A stretch of DNA of 63,991 nt, filler included, from Nemertoderma westbladi (taxonomy: Eukaryota; Animalia; Xenacoelomorpha), in the NCBI GenBank assembly GCA_032718475.1. It is 5 parts of 5 records of this genome, joined end to end, with 100 filler letters (N's around TTAATTAATTAA, not from the genome) between each part and the next. Parts side by side here need not be neighbours in the genome. Positions count along the whole stretch, not along the records: positions 14,563 to 29,529 come from JAUCBJ010008682.1; positions 29,630 to 42,597 come from JAUCBJ010000232.1; 3 more parts are not named here. One strand, written 5' to 3'. Positions 23,015-36,000 of the stretch are shown in pieces. Below the pieces are notes generated by a model. That model searched no databases. It was not told the origin of the DNA and was given only the letters and a program-made list of their open reading frames with translations. The translations under genes were made by a program, and so were the position numbers. The first letter of the stretch is position 1. Each line of letters starts with the position of its first letter.

Positions 23015-26000
23015 CTATAACAACTTGCACCGTTTAACTGGGTTCATAGGTAATCCTTTGGGGCAATTAAATGTTCTAGAAAACTCCACCGAGTTTTGCA
23101 TTGGGCCGATTACTCTGGCGCTAAATGGGCTGTGTGTTGGGTAGCTAGCTAGATGACCTTCTACGCTAGCTCGAGTGCTCTGGGTGCACCAAGTCTGCGC
23201 TAAGGAAACAAAGAATAATTGCGAGTGAGTTAAATCTACTCTACGTAGGAAGTCTAGAGTGGATGGATGTGTGTCCGCTGGTTGTCTTAGGAATGTCTTA
23301 AGTGCTAAATTCAGTCCGATATTATCGCATAAGTTTTCTACAAGAGAGGCAGTCCCATTGATCCTTTGGGTTGTTACGTTCAGATCGATGTTTCCGTACT
23401 GTTCGATGAAACATTCAGACCTCCGTACTGACTCCGCTCTATCGATCTCGTTGGCTTCTGCTTTCATGAACGTGTTGAACTTGTAGGCGTGGGCAAACTC
23501 GTGGGACAGCAGACGGCCCATGGTCGCCCAGACAACCGGCCAGGGGTTGCCGGGCAACCAGTCTAGGTCTATGATGCGGCCCATCAGTAGTCGGATTCCG
23601 TTGTAGTCGATCTCCTTGGGCGGGATGAAGGCGTAGTAAGCGTTGTTATAGAAGGGGTTGTAGACATAGTAACCGAGGTTCCAATCGGATATCGACCCTC
23701 GATCCTTTAAACTCATCGTCTTTATAAGACTCGATTCAAAATCCACGACCTGAAATAAATTATTATTATTTTAATTATTAGTTAAATTAATTACTAAATA
23801 TTAATAATTTCCAAATAGGGCACACTCTATTAAAATTATTGAAGGAATAGGCGTCAAAGTAGCTCAGCCTACCAAATTACTTAGTTTCTAAGTTTATAAT
23901 AACAACTTAAAAAAAGGTTTATAAAAAATATTAGTTATTTAAGTATAACAAATAACAGTTATTTCCTTTTTATTGTTGTGGTTGGAATAACGTACCACTG
24001 AGTATGAGTAACGTGCTCCTTTCTCTAAATTTTAATTTTTTTTAACAATCAGACCAAATATTATTTCGCCGATATGGGATTTGCGCCCTTCCCCCCCCCC
24101 CCCCCCCCCCGCACATGGTACAATAGTACTAACAATAGATATTACCATAATATATTCTATAATGTAATTTAATTTATTTAATATTATTACTGCATTATCT
24201 TTGGCAACTAGTATTCCCAACCCTCTATTAAATCTTACCTGATACACATTCTGCAGATAGTCACCGTCTTTATCCAGATGTAACTCCGAATACAACATAT
24301 CCACTGTATCTCTATTCTGTAACCAATTAGGAATTCCAATTACTATTTGCATAAATCGGCCTTTTAGTGCCGCTGAGTTCTTAGTATCCGAGGACATCCA
24401 ACTCCCTTGCACAAGTTCCTCTACGAATGTCGCCTTAATCTCCTGGAATATCATGTCCATTGCGGTGGCGGCGACGCCCTCGTAATGTCTCACATAATAA
24501 AACCGAGCCGTCGCCAGACTCAAGTGGTTCAATGTTTGGGAGAAACAATCCTCTCCTCTAATCAACGGCTGTTTTATTGTCGTGTTGTAAACGATGTCCA
24601 AAAAGTTATTGGTTAGCGGCGAAATGGTCTCGATGTTTACTGATAAATATATTGCGAGTTTTAATTGAATTAAAGTCATAATGTCTTCCAGGGATTTCTC
24701 GCGACAGAATATGTTTATTCGGTGCATCAAAACTGAAAGAGAAATGTTAAATAAAATAAAGTAAAGACGGTTTTTAAAAACAATTGAAAATAATTATTTA
24801 AGTATAGATAGTAAATTTCAAGAACACTGTAAAAGCGTATGCGTCCTTCAATGAGCATTTTAATTGCCGCCAAGCTCTATCCCCTACTCCGGCCGTGTTG
24901 AAAACTCATAAACCAATGTCGGAGTGTATTTTTCACTTTCTAAATTCTGAGTTTCTTTGTTCGTCGTGGATTCTGGAAAATGGCAACTGCTGATTGGTTG
25001 TTGACTGGCAACAAGTATAAGAGCCTAGGATTGCAACGTTGCACCAGCCGGTATCAGTCAGTATGTGCATTGCATATCCACAGCATAATCATGATTTGTG
25101 TTCGCCAGTGACATCAGGAGTTACAGTTTTCTGAGTAACTGCTGACTGTTGATCAACCCGTGCACCGACCGGTCGGCTGGTAAATATATTTATCTATGTA
25201 TAATAACCTATGTAATTATTGTTTATGTTAATGCAAAGATATGCAGACCCATTAATAGTCACCGATCTGATTGTTATTTGCATCAATTGTGGTAATTGCT
25301 GGTGGGCCAATTAGCATTCTGGTTCAATCCAAGTGGTGTAGATGCGATTTATTATTTTGTAGACACAACCCGTGCGAGCACTGACCGGTATCATATACGT
25401 TATTCATGAACAAAATTGTCTCAAGTCAGCAGTTTATGTCCAACTGTGTATTTCATTCAGACTTAACATTCCATGTTCCCCTAAAGGACATGCAGACTAT
25501 GATCTTTATTAGTTTTGACAATTATGTTGTAATTACTAATAATAATAAAATAATAATAATTGTACTTATATTTGTTATAGCAATAGGGGTCTTACGACCT
25601 TATCAAAGTGCCTGCTTTTATTATCATTACCGGTACCCCAGCAAAGCCAGGTTCCCATTATACCGCGTTATTGGCGTAGGCACTAATGTCTAAAGTGTCT
25701 TGCCTAGGGACACAACAGTGCGAAACTTCTACAGCCTTTAGTCGGATTCGAACCTGCGCCACCAACACCATCGTGTAAGCAGTTCAGGCGCCGTATCCAC
25801 TGGGACACTAATTGCCGTCAGACATAAACCTGATTGATTTCTAGAGCTCGGCATTCCGAACGGAACTGTTAATACATTCCCTGTAAGCACAAAGCCCGTA
25901 TTATTGTCAGGAATAATATTGCGAGAATCAATCGACTGATAACCTTGAGACCTATTTGTATACTGCCAATATTTATTAGACTCCCTGTGAGTCATACGCC

Positions 26001-28384
26001 ACGCAAGTTTGATTTATATTTGTTTGATGTTATTGGCTAAATTTGAGTTAGAATATGGTTGGTGCGCGAAAAAATTGTTAGGCTCGAATAAGGGGTAACA
26101 AGGTGCCCTGAATCGAGTGGTGGGGTTTGTTTTCTGTAAAAACACGTGGAAACGGTAGAAATGGCGGGTTTAAGTAAGCCCGGGAAGCCAGTTTTGAAAA
26201 TCGGCTGTGATTGGCTGCTACATATTTGACGTCACTACGCAGTGCTCAGATAATTTCTTATATTGGTTTCTATGGGCGGTGATTTTAGATCCATTCAATA
26301 ATGCACATTCAATCTCAATCATTTCACACGTGGCTTATATCAATTGAAAGCGGAGAGTCTTGCGCGTCTTTTAACACTACAATTAATTAATTCATGGTGA
26401 TGAACATTGATAAAATACTGTTTTTTTCAAACCTTGCAAACTTGGTAGATTGCCCGACCCCGATGCAAGCACTCACCAACTCAGCCCTAGCCTCTAGTCA
26501 CCTATTGCATTTCAGTATTGGAGTAGGCCTATTGCGGTATTGTTGCGGTATGGTTTATTAAGTTGAGTTAACCTACCGCGGTACCACTCTTACGCTACCG
26601 TTGCCCGGTACACATTTCAACTTAATGAACTTAAGCTGCAATACAGCGCAATACTACTGTACTTGCATACCGGTCAGACAATCTGCGAGTTTATAAATTG
26701 TTAATTGATTCATTTTATCAATGTTCATCACCATGAATTTAATTAATTGTAGTGTCAAACCGCTTTCAATTTTATAAGCCACGTGTGAAATGATTGAGAT
26801 TAAATATGTATTTTAATGGGTCTAAAATCACCCACCATAGAAACCAATATAAGAAGTTATCAGAGCACTGCGTAGTGACGTCAAATATGTAGCAGCCAAT
26901 CACAGCCGATTTTCAAAACTGGCCTCCCGCGCTTACTTCCGCCATTTCGACAGTTTCCACGTGTTTTAACAAATTCAATTGTTTCGAGCCCAACAAGTTC
27001 AGAATACACAGAGGTGGACATTGGGATTTGGGGAAGTTGGGCTTTGTGAGTAGGCCTATAGGTATTACTAGACATTAGTAGGCATTAGTAGAAATTCACT
27101 ACATTTTGAACTCATGATGCCACAATAATGAAACTTATAAAGTTAAATAATATTTAACAGAAATCTCACCTCCCTATTGTGATTCAACTTACCGGGTGAT
27201 ATAAGAACAGATTTGATTGATTTCCCGGGGAAGGCTACGGACAGGACACTATGCCAATCCACCCCGCACCGTGTGGTCCCTTCCGCGAGTTCCTCTAGAT
27301 AAACGAACCTCGTAAGGGTGGGTAGATCCCGTCCCAGATCCGAATATGATCTCAATAGGTCGTACAGATGGGCCAGATTGTCAACGTTACAGTTAACTTC
27401 CATCCAATCACAGAGCTGCCCTACAGCCAATGCCGTGAAAGCTTGCCATGCGAGTTGGCTGTCATGGAAACCATTCTGCGAGTGTGGAAATGGCGGCAAT
27501 CCTCTGATGATATCTTTGTTGTCTTCATCGAAACGTATAAATATCCCGAGTTTGAATAACATCGACGTTTGTTTAACCGCGTTTGTAAGTCCTGGATAAC
27601 CCAGATTACGTAAAGACTCAACAATATCGTATAAAGTATGTTTAATTTGTAGGGATTTATCATTGTTCGCCTCGCACGATTGATAAAATGTTTTTACAAC
27701 TTTTATCGCTATTTCCTCATCGTCTTCCACTTTCTCAGCTAATAAATCTTTGAGTTTTATCTTGACATTGTCTAACGTATTGTATACAAGATCGCCACTT
27801 ATAGGCTTGTAAACAGCAGTAGCGTTTCCGCAAGCGAACGCGTAAAAGTCTTGGCAAGGGTCTACCGACCGGTCCATGTAGCCTATTAGTCGGTCCTCCA
27901 GGGTCCGACAAACGGACTTATGTGTTTCACAGACTCTCCCCCAATCATTCGTATATCCGACGTCAGCTGACGTAAAAGAATCCGAATTATTCGAGTTTAA
28001 ACTTGAATTTACTCCCATGGGATCTCGAAATGCTTTACTACTTACGATTATATACGTTGCGATGACAACAGCACAAACTGAAAGACTTATATAAATTCCA
28101 GCTAGAAGTCCACACACTTGCTTGTCCAGAAAATGTTCTAGAAGCCATTTGGTTGAATGTTTAGGATCTTCTGGTTTCTCGTTGAAACTGTCGTCTGTAG
28201 GCGTCCGCGAATGTGATTGGGTTATACTCGTGTTGTTCTGGGAATCGTGGCCAAACTCGAATTGCGATTGGGCGAGAACGGCCCCTAACGTCGTTAGCAC
28301 CTTCATCTCTAGTTTAACATCTGAAAGTTCGTCTTTGTTAGGCCTTGAAGTTTCCTGAACAACGGACAACGATCTGCCAGACAT
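23015..28384 (-). CDS. M13 (neprilysin/ECE-like) zinc metallopeptidase, type II membrane protein, about 806 aa; exons 28384-27193, 24732-24239, 23749-23015
   Basis: N-terminal TM segment, DPCQDFYAFACG, NAYY, HEFAH, ENLCD, HSP, C-terminal CPKGLPMNPVKRC. GT-AG introns with consistent phases (1, 0). Confidence 0.9.
25630..25810 (-). mobile_element. tRNA-derived SINE in peptidase intron 1
   Basis: Minus strand: A-box-like head, GGTTCGAATCC B-box, then TTGTGTCCCTAGGCAAGACACTTTA and AATGGGAACCTG, resembling conserved central domains of metazoan SINEs. Confidence 0.6.
26139..26967. mobile_element. Foldback/MITE with ~270-bp inverted arms
   Basis: 26139-26416 is the reverse complement of 26712-26967 (e.g. 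CAGTTTTGAAAATCGGCTGTGATTGGCTGCTACATATTTGACGTCACTACGCAGTGCTC). Confidence 0.85.
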
Positions 28385-29355
28385 TGCTATTATTCGCTTT
28401 GCCGACCTCCTCCGGGAAAGAACGGTTGAGAATAATTTTTTTCACATTGTATTTAAAAAAAGATTCTGAACCAAGTTAACCCACAGCAAAAATAATTTTG
28501 TAGTTGTAGTCAATAATAATATTATATAAAAGTACCAGACTGATTATAATTTATTAATGTACTTGTATGGATTTAGGTTGCAACATAGTTTTACACTAAT
28601 TATATATTATTATAAAACAGTTTTTGCTTAATGTATAAGATTTTATAGTGTATTAGTGATGTTTTATCAATAGTATGGTGTTTAATAAATTAATGTACCA
28701 GCGTACACGAACCCCTGCAGGTGGCTTTAATAACCCCCCTTTATGGTCGCCCAATGGTTATTACTGCATATAACATTGTATCGGCCCGAGAGATGAATAA
28801 CAGTTTGCCAAATTTTCGGCTACCAATGGCTTTGTTGTGATTGACGTGACATTACATTTATCCTGGCGGCTTAGCTCTGCAGTAAAATAACCAACAATTA
28901 AGCCTATTTGAGGAGTAGAGTTTAGTTCAAATTCCGTATGTTTCACATTGGCGTAAGGAATTTGGCGTGGATATCATTTGTTTTGTTTTCAGTAGTAGAT
29001 GTGAATGTTCTTATTGACGTGTAAAACAGTCGCATACATCGTCCGCAGTTCAGTACAAAGAAAAGGGCGGGTGCTTTCAATTTAATCGATACGTAATACT
29101 TTTTTCAAACGCGTTAAACCGATGAACAAGGAGTGATTGAACGCTAATAGATTTAAGGTCATATTAATTGGAAAAGAGTTGAAACAGTTTAAACTTTGAC
29201 ATAAATTTGAATTTATCTCCAAAAATAGCCTATTTAGAAAACCTAAATAAAAATCCACAATCAACGTAGCGAGACCTCTAGAATTCACACTGAACTCACG
29301 AATTCAGTTGTTGATTTCCTGTTGGGTTTTATTAATAAGGCTTCATTCATACTGC

Positions 29356-29520
29356 GGCGCAGTGGCAAAGTTGGTAGAGCGTTGGACTTGAAATCTCTAG
29401 GTACCGAGTTCAATCCCACTTTTAGGTGAATTTTTTTTGTTAGAAGATTGGTATTAAGCCATTCAAGGAGACACTTCATGCGTTAGTAGACGCGGACCAT
29501 TGCGCGAGTTCGCGGTTGTT
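29356..29520 (+). mobile_element. tRNA-derived SINE-like repeat (better-preserved copy)
   Basis: GGCGCAGTGGCAAAGTTGGTAGAGCG...GAGTTCAATCCC head; body shared with 13425-13593. Confidence 0.65.
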
Positions 29521-29529
29521 TTAGCTCAT

Positions 29530-29629
29530 NNNNNNNNNNNNNNNNNNNNNNNNNNNNNNNNNNNNNNNNNNNNTTAATTAATTAANNNNNNNNNNNNNNN
29601 NNNNNNNNNNNNNNNNNNNNNNNNNNNNN
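29530..29629. other. Artificial contig linker
   Basis: N44-TTAATTAATTAA-N44. Confidence 0.97.
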
Positions 29630-29657
29630 TATCAGTTATCCCACAAAAGCTTTTACA
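29630..29657 (-). mobile_element. 5' tip of a fourth family X LTR, cut by the gap
   Basis: Reverse complement is TGTAAAAGCTTTTGTGGGATAACTGATA, identical to 3156-3183. Confidence 0.8.
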
Positions 29658-30034
29658 ATAGCATCTTTTTATAATAGTTTCTTTTCATCAAGAATAGTAA
29701 CCTGATCTTCTTTTTTTAACAGATCTTGAAACCACACCTACATCAACAGATGGAACAAGTTAGTTATTAATTTACAACTATTTTTTACATAATGTAGAAT
29801 TTTATCGTTTTATATATATCCCACCCCTTGTATTCTTGCTTTATTATTATGTATTGTGTTTATATAATTGTATAAATTTGTCTGTCTATGTATCTGTCCA
29901 ATCTAAATGTTTCTACACACGATTACCACATGGAGTGCACATTGCACAATAGAACTCTTGTCATAAGCTTGGATCAACGACTTGTAGCTTATCTTATGCA
30001 ATAATTATTGTTTGGGTTTTATTAGCCATCGAAC

Positions 30035-33000
30035 ATGTTTTCAGCCTTCAAGTCGATTTTATTCCTCTGTGCAGTACTGTTAGGCCGATATCTACTTATC
30101 TGGTGCACAGAAGGTACCTGAGTCTAATAGTTACGCAATTTATTTCAACTGAGTATATTTTCAGTCCATAGTAATCTATAAATAGAGATCTTTTTGAGCA
30201 ATATATTTTCCTAATGCATAACGTGCATTATGAATTATTATTTATGCTAAGATCTGAATAAACAACTTATTGATTGTAGTGGTAGTAACTAACTGCTGCG
30301 CTTTTCCCAAAAACAATGTAAATTGATGTGCCCTAATGCAAGTGTAGGAGGTGTGAGCGTGAAACATTTTTAAAATAAAAAATGTTTAATAATAACATCA
30401 TTAGTCTATATTAGTTTATATTATTCAGTAGGGATTATTCATAGGTCTATTACTGTATTTGAATTGGAAGCTTTATATTATTCTGAATATTGATGGCTTT
30501 TGTTACGAAAATACTATCTCCAGAATATTGTTCAGTTATTAACTGACATAGGAATTGCCATATTATATAATATTTATCATATTCCTTCCATATTATATAG
30601 AATGAAATGAAACTTATGTTTTAGATGAACACAGAGGTTGTGGCCAACCTACAATCCTTCATAACATCTCTGGGTTGCGGATTGTTGGAGGTACTGAAGC
30701 GGAACCTGGCTCCTGGCCGTGGCAAATAAGTTTGCAAAGAGGAGGTCACTCCTGTGGTGGAACACTTATTGATCCTCAATATGTGATAACGGCTGCGCAT
30801 TGTTTCAATTTTGCTACGTAAGATTTTACAAGATATTGAGAATATTATTATAGTGATACTTAAATAAAACTGAAAGTACTGAATTGTATTCAAAAGAGAA
30901 AAGTGACTCTAAGAAGACCAAAATAGTGACAGCCCTCAAAGCAATGTTAGATCTTTGAGGATGAGAATGGTGTGTTTAGCCCTTTATTGCACCGAGCAGA
31001 AGATTTTAATGAAAAAAATTAAATTTACGTTTTTTGGTAATAAAAGGCTGTCAATACTGTAAAATATAACAAAAAAAATCAAAAATTTTATATATTTGAG
31101 TGTTTTCACAACACGTTGCTTCTTTCAACTGGTTGTATGTCTATCTACCTGCCTACATGTCTGCCTTTCTGTCTGTATGTCTGTCTGTCTGCATGCCTGA
31201 CTGTTTGTCTGTCTATATGTCTGTCTATCTACTCCCCAATGGTGGCTGTACAACATCTACTCCCCAATGGTGGCTGTACAACATCTACTCCCCAATGGTG
31301 ACTGCGCCACATCTACTCCCCAATGGTGGCTGTACCACATCTACTCCCCAATGGTGACTGCGCCACATCTACTCCCTAATGGTGTCTGCATCACATATAC
31401 TCCCAAAGCCCAATGGTAAACAACTACACCCCTCTGGTGGCTACGCCACATCTACTCCCCAATTGTCAACATCTACTCCCCAATGGTGGCTGCATTACAT
31501 CGATTCCCCAATGGTGGCTGCACCACATCTACTCCCCAGTATTGGCTACATCACATCTGCTCCCCAATGGTGGCTGTACCACATCTACTCCCCAGTAGTG
31601 GCTGTACCACATCTACTCCCCAATGGTGGGTACGCCACATCTACTCCCCAATGGTGACTGCGCCACATCTACTCCCCAATGGTGTCTGCATCACATATAC
31701 TCCCAAAGCCCAATGGTGAACATCTACACCGCTCTGGTGGCTACGCCACATCTACCCCCAATTGTCAACATCTACTCCCCAATGGTGGCTGCATTACATC
31801 TACTCCTCAATGGTGGCTGCACCAGATCTACTCCTCAATGGTGGCTGCACCAGATCTACTCCTCAATGGTGGCTGCACCACATGTACTCCCCAATAGTGG
31901 CCGCACCACATCTACTCCCCAATGGTGGCTGCACCACATCTACTCTCCAACGGTGGCTGTACCACATCTACTCCCCAATGGTGGGTACGCCACATCTACT
32001 CCCCAATGGTGACTGCGCCACATCTACTCCCCAATGGTGTCTGCATCACATATACTCCCAAAGCCCAATGGTGAACATCTACACCGCTCTGGTGGCTACG
32101 CCACATCTACCCCCAATTGTCAACATCTACTCCCCAATGGTGGCTGCATTACATCTACTCCTCAATGGTGGCTGCACCAGATCTACTCCTCAATGGTGGC
32201 TGCACCACATGTACTCCCCAATAGTGGCCGCACCACATCTACTCCCCAATGGTGGCTGCACCACATCTACTCTCCAACGGTGGCTGTACCACATCTACTC
32301 CCCAACGGTGGCTGCACCACATCTACTCTCCAACGGTGGCTGTACCACATCTACTCCCCAATAGTGGCTGCACCACATCTACTCCACAATAGTGGCCGCA
32401 CCACATCTACTCCCCAATGGTGGCTGCACCACATCTACTCTCCAACGGTGGCTGTACCACATCTACTCCCCAACGGTGGCTGCATCACATCTACTCTCCA
32501 ATGGTAACATCTACTCCCCTGTGGTGAGGCCATGCGATGCCATTCATAAATTGCCTGCGAAACTGTATTTGCCTATGTTATTAATTACATTGGCACCATA
32601 AAATTATCGCAGGCTTAAAAAAAGACGACCTAAAGACACCTATAAACTAAAAATACCAATTTTCCTATCATCATTTTTGAATGTTAACTTACAACACAAT
32701 TTAAACCTCCCACTCAATCCTCTTCGTTTTTATTGGATAATTTAATTATCCTACTATAAGCTACAAGGTGCAGTAATGGTTGGTTGATGGTTTTTCTATG
32801 AGATAAGACCGATAATAGAACTGTGGCTTAAAAGCAACAAAGGGTTAATTAAGTATGTGTTTGACATCTTCGACTTGGCATCATGGATCCGGAAGACGGT
32901 GATATGTATACTGTATATTCTAAGACTGTATATTCTTTGAATATATAAGAGGAAGGCCTTCCAGAATTTAATAGTCTGTCCAGAATTTGGAAATCCAATA

Positions 33001-36000
33001 GAAGAATTGGGATCCCAATCCCAACATCCCTGTTGAAAATCCCTCCTACACTTACTAAATACTTGTGAAGTCTGCTTGCTACCTTCTTAACAAGTACTTG
33101 CCAAGATATAATGAAGAGGGATTTTGTCATTTAGAGCAACAGTAGAACGAGAACCAGTAGTCCAGTACTCCTTTATGGGACACGAAATCTCTGGATGGCA
33201 CATTCAGAATAAAGAATAGAGTACAATGCACACAAATCCAACCGGACGCTAACATTGTTGTGACGGGATCCACTGGAGTTGGCACTAATGAATCCCGACC
33301 GGTGTGTGTTATACGCGTCGCCGCGTCCGTAGGCTGCTAAATCTGTAGTCTGGATGTATATAATAGGCCGAAGGCCGTTTAAATAACTGAGTTTTACTGT
33401 CAGTGTTTATAATCGCAGAACGTAATAATAGCAAAGTCTGAATATAATAGCACGGTAGTGACGACGACGGTTAAAACTGTTCCGGTCTCACAACTGTATA
33501 GGAACCAACTGAACCAGTAATCAATAACTGCAACGGTTATATTATCATTGACACATATTAAATTACCTCTACACTACTGAGTGACCTGAGTATCCAATAG
33601 ATGCGCTCTAATCTCTCCCAATGTGCTCTCCCACCCATTGGCCTAACCTGATTAATTGTCACCTCGCCACTCCCTATTGCCACTATCTCCACGTGCTAGC
33701 CTTGCTAGTCTGTTTGTCCCGCTGAGGTGGTTTGACCTCTCAACCCTCCCTGTTGCTTACGGCGTACAATATTGTGCTTTATGGCCTCATGGAGAGAATA
33801 AGGATGAAATTTCTTGAAAATGACTCCTAAATGGCACTGGTTTGAAGGATAATCTACTCATGGGTGGTATTGAGTTGTGCTGTAAACGAATCCTAATCCC
33901 TTTTGACAGAACCACTCATCTAGCTAGGATGTTTCGACTCACTCTCCCAACCGTCTGTCACTCGTTTACTCTGGAACGAATTGCTTATTTTAACATTCTA
34001 TGACGTCTTTCAGCGATACGGGTTTGATTGATTGATGTCTATAGGCTTTACTAAGTAGGCGGTGAATTCCGATTACATTCGAATCTGATCATTTTAGGCA
34101 TCTACCTCCCCTGGCCAAATAGATGGAGTGATATCTCAGTTGAGGTGTAGCATTTAATATGTTTATTTAATTTATTTAAGGTCTGGATGGTCAGTTGTTG
34201 TTGGAGAACATAACTTGTATGATACAACTGGAAATGAAGAAACTATAGAAGTTGCCCAAGTTTGTAAAATGTTAAATCTAATAATATTCATTCATAAGTA
34301 TATTTTTGCCCAATAAATAACAATAAGAACACTTACAAGAACAATTTAATTGCAGTACAATATATATATCATGTGTATAATAACTTATGGAGGGAAACTG
34401 TGGATAGAGACTCTAGACTGGGACCATGCCCGTATATATCTCATAGATCCAGGACCCAGGCACTAGGACTTTTATGACGTGGCTACCGCCATGGATAATG
34501 TTATAAACGGGACAAAAGGGTCTATCGCTGACGAGATAATGGGTATATAAATAATATATCGATTATCTTAGTATCCGTTAACAGCTAGCCGTGATAGAGA
34601 TTGTGTACCGCAGATGTATGATAAGACTGCAGATAATATGCGGAATATAAAGTCCCCCGAGATCTAAAGACCCCCAACGACCACTGAAAATCTGCTATCA
34701 TCAGCCCAAATTCATAAACACTGAATCCACCACCCGCCGGTATGTAGGCCTACAGATAAATGATCAGATTTATCTAATATACAGTAGAAATAAGTGTGAC
34801 CTTAGCCATTCCTATCCTATTGCTAACATCTATCTAAATCGAAATTCCGTCCATCTTCAGGATTTTATCTCTGGAAATGGATTGTTTTCGGCTGGAATCC
34901 AGTTCAAGAAGCGAACTGGAAAGCTATGGACTCATAGTGTACCCAGTGGTCACATGTCCCAGACAGACCATATCCTGTTTCGTAGGAAATACAGGAGCTC
35001 TATACAAGACTGTAATGCATTTACACTACGACCCTTCTCCAGTGATCACCGCCTTATTGTGGCCAAGGTAAGACTTAGTCTGCGTGCTAGCAGAACAACG
35101 AAATCTGCCTTGCCGCGGCAAGACTGGTCCTCTCTGTTGCAACAGCCAAGTGTGAGATCCAGCTTCACACTACAGCTGAGCAACAGGTATGAGGCTCTTG
35201 CCTCTGAAGCGGCAGATCACTGTGAGGGCTATACTGCCTTCACAGAGGCAGTTAAGTTAGCAGCTGCAGAAACAGTTCCTGTATACCCTCGAAACAGGAA
35301 ACGGGCCCCCTGGACTGACAACAAAATTCAGAAGTGCCGAAATGACCGCTACAAGGCGCAGAAAGAGTCCCGACTCAAACAGACTACAGCGGCCAAGAAT
35401 GCAGTTATGGCTGCATCTATGTCCCTGAACAGGCAGTACTCTGTTAATTTACAGGAGCTAATAAACCAACAGGTTGATGCCATCAATGATGCCGACGACA
35501 GCAGGCAATCATCCCAGGCATGGTGATCGATCAACTTGCTTGCTGGTCGAAAAAGCCAACCAACCACCAAGGTTAAGGCTGAATCACCAGCCGATCGCCT
35601 CAATGGTTGGAAGGCCCACTTTGAAAAGCTCCTCAATAATGACAGGGTATTGCCTGATAACTTTATAGAAGTAAAAGTGTCTGAGTCTGTACTCCCAGAT
35701 ATTCCCATTGGTGATATCTCCTTTGCAGAAGTGAAGGCTGCTGCAAAGAGCATTAAGACCAATCGTGCCAGTGGAGTAGATGGTGTTCCCCCTGAGGTCT
35801 TTAAAATACCTGAGTGTTTAAAGCTCATCTATCCCATCATAGTAGACATGTACCGTACAACAAGAGTCCCACAAGAAATGAAAACAAATAAGTTGGTGCC
35901 AGTTCCCAAGAAGGGCAACCTAACACTCTATGGTTCTTTTCGGGGAATCTCATTGATCTCAATTGCTGCAAAGCTATACAATAGAATTCTATTAAATCGC

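Noticed and set aside
29356-29430. Functional tRNA gene (also 16391-16451 and 25740-25810)
   Set aside because: A/B boxes are present but I cannot close an acceptor stem; two of the three continue into SINE-like bodies.
31100-32601. Overlapping His/Pro/Trp-rich ORFs
   Set aside because: Translations of the 28-bp minisatellite.
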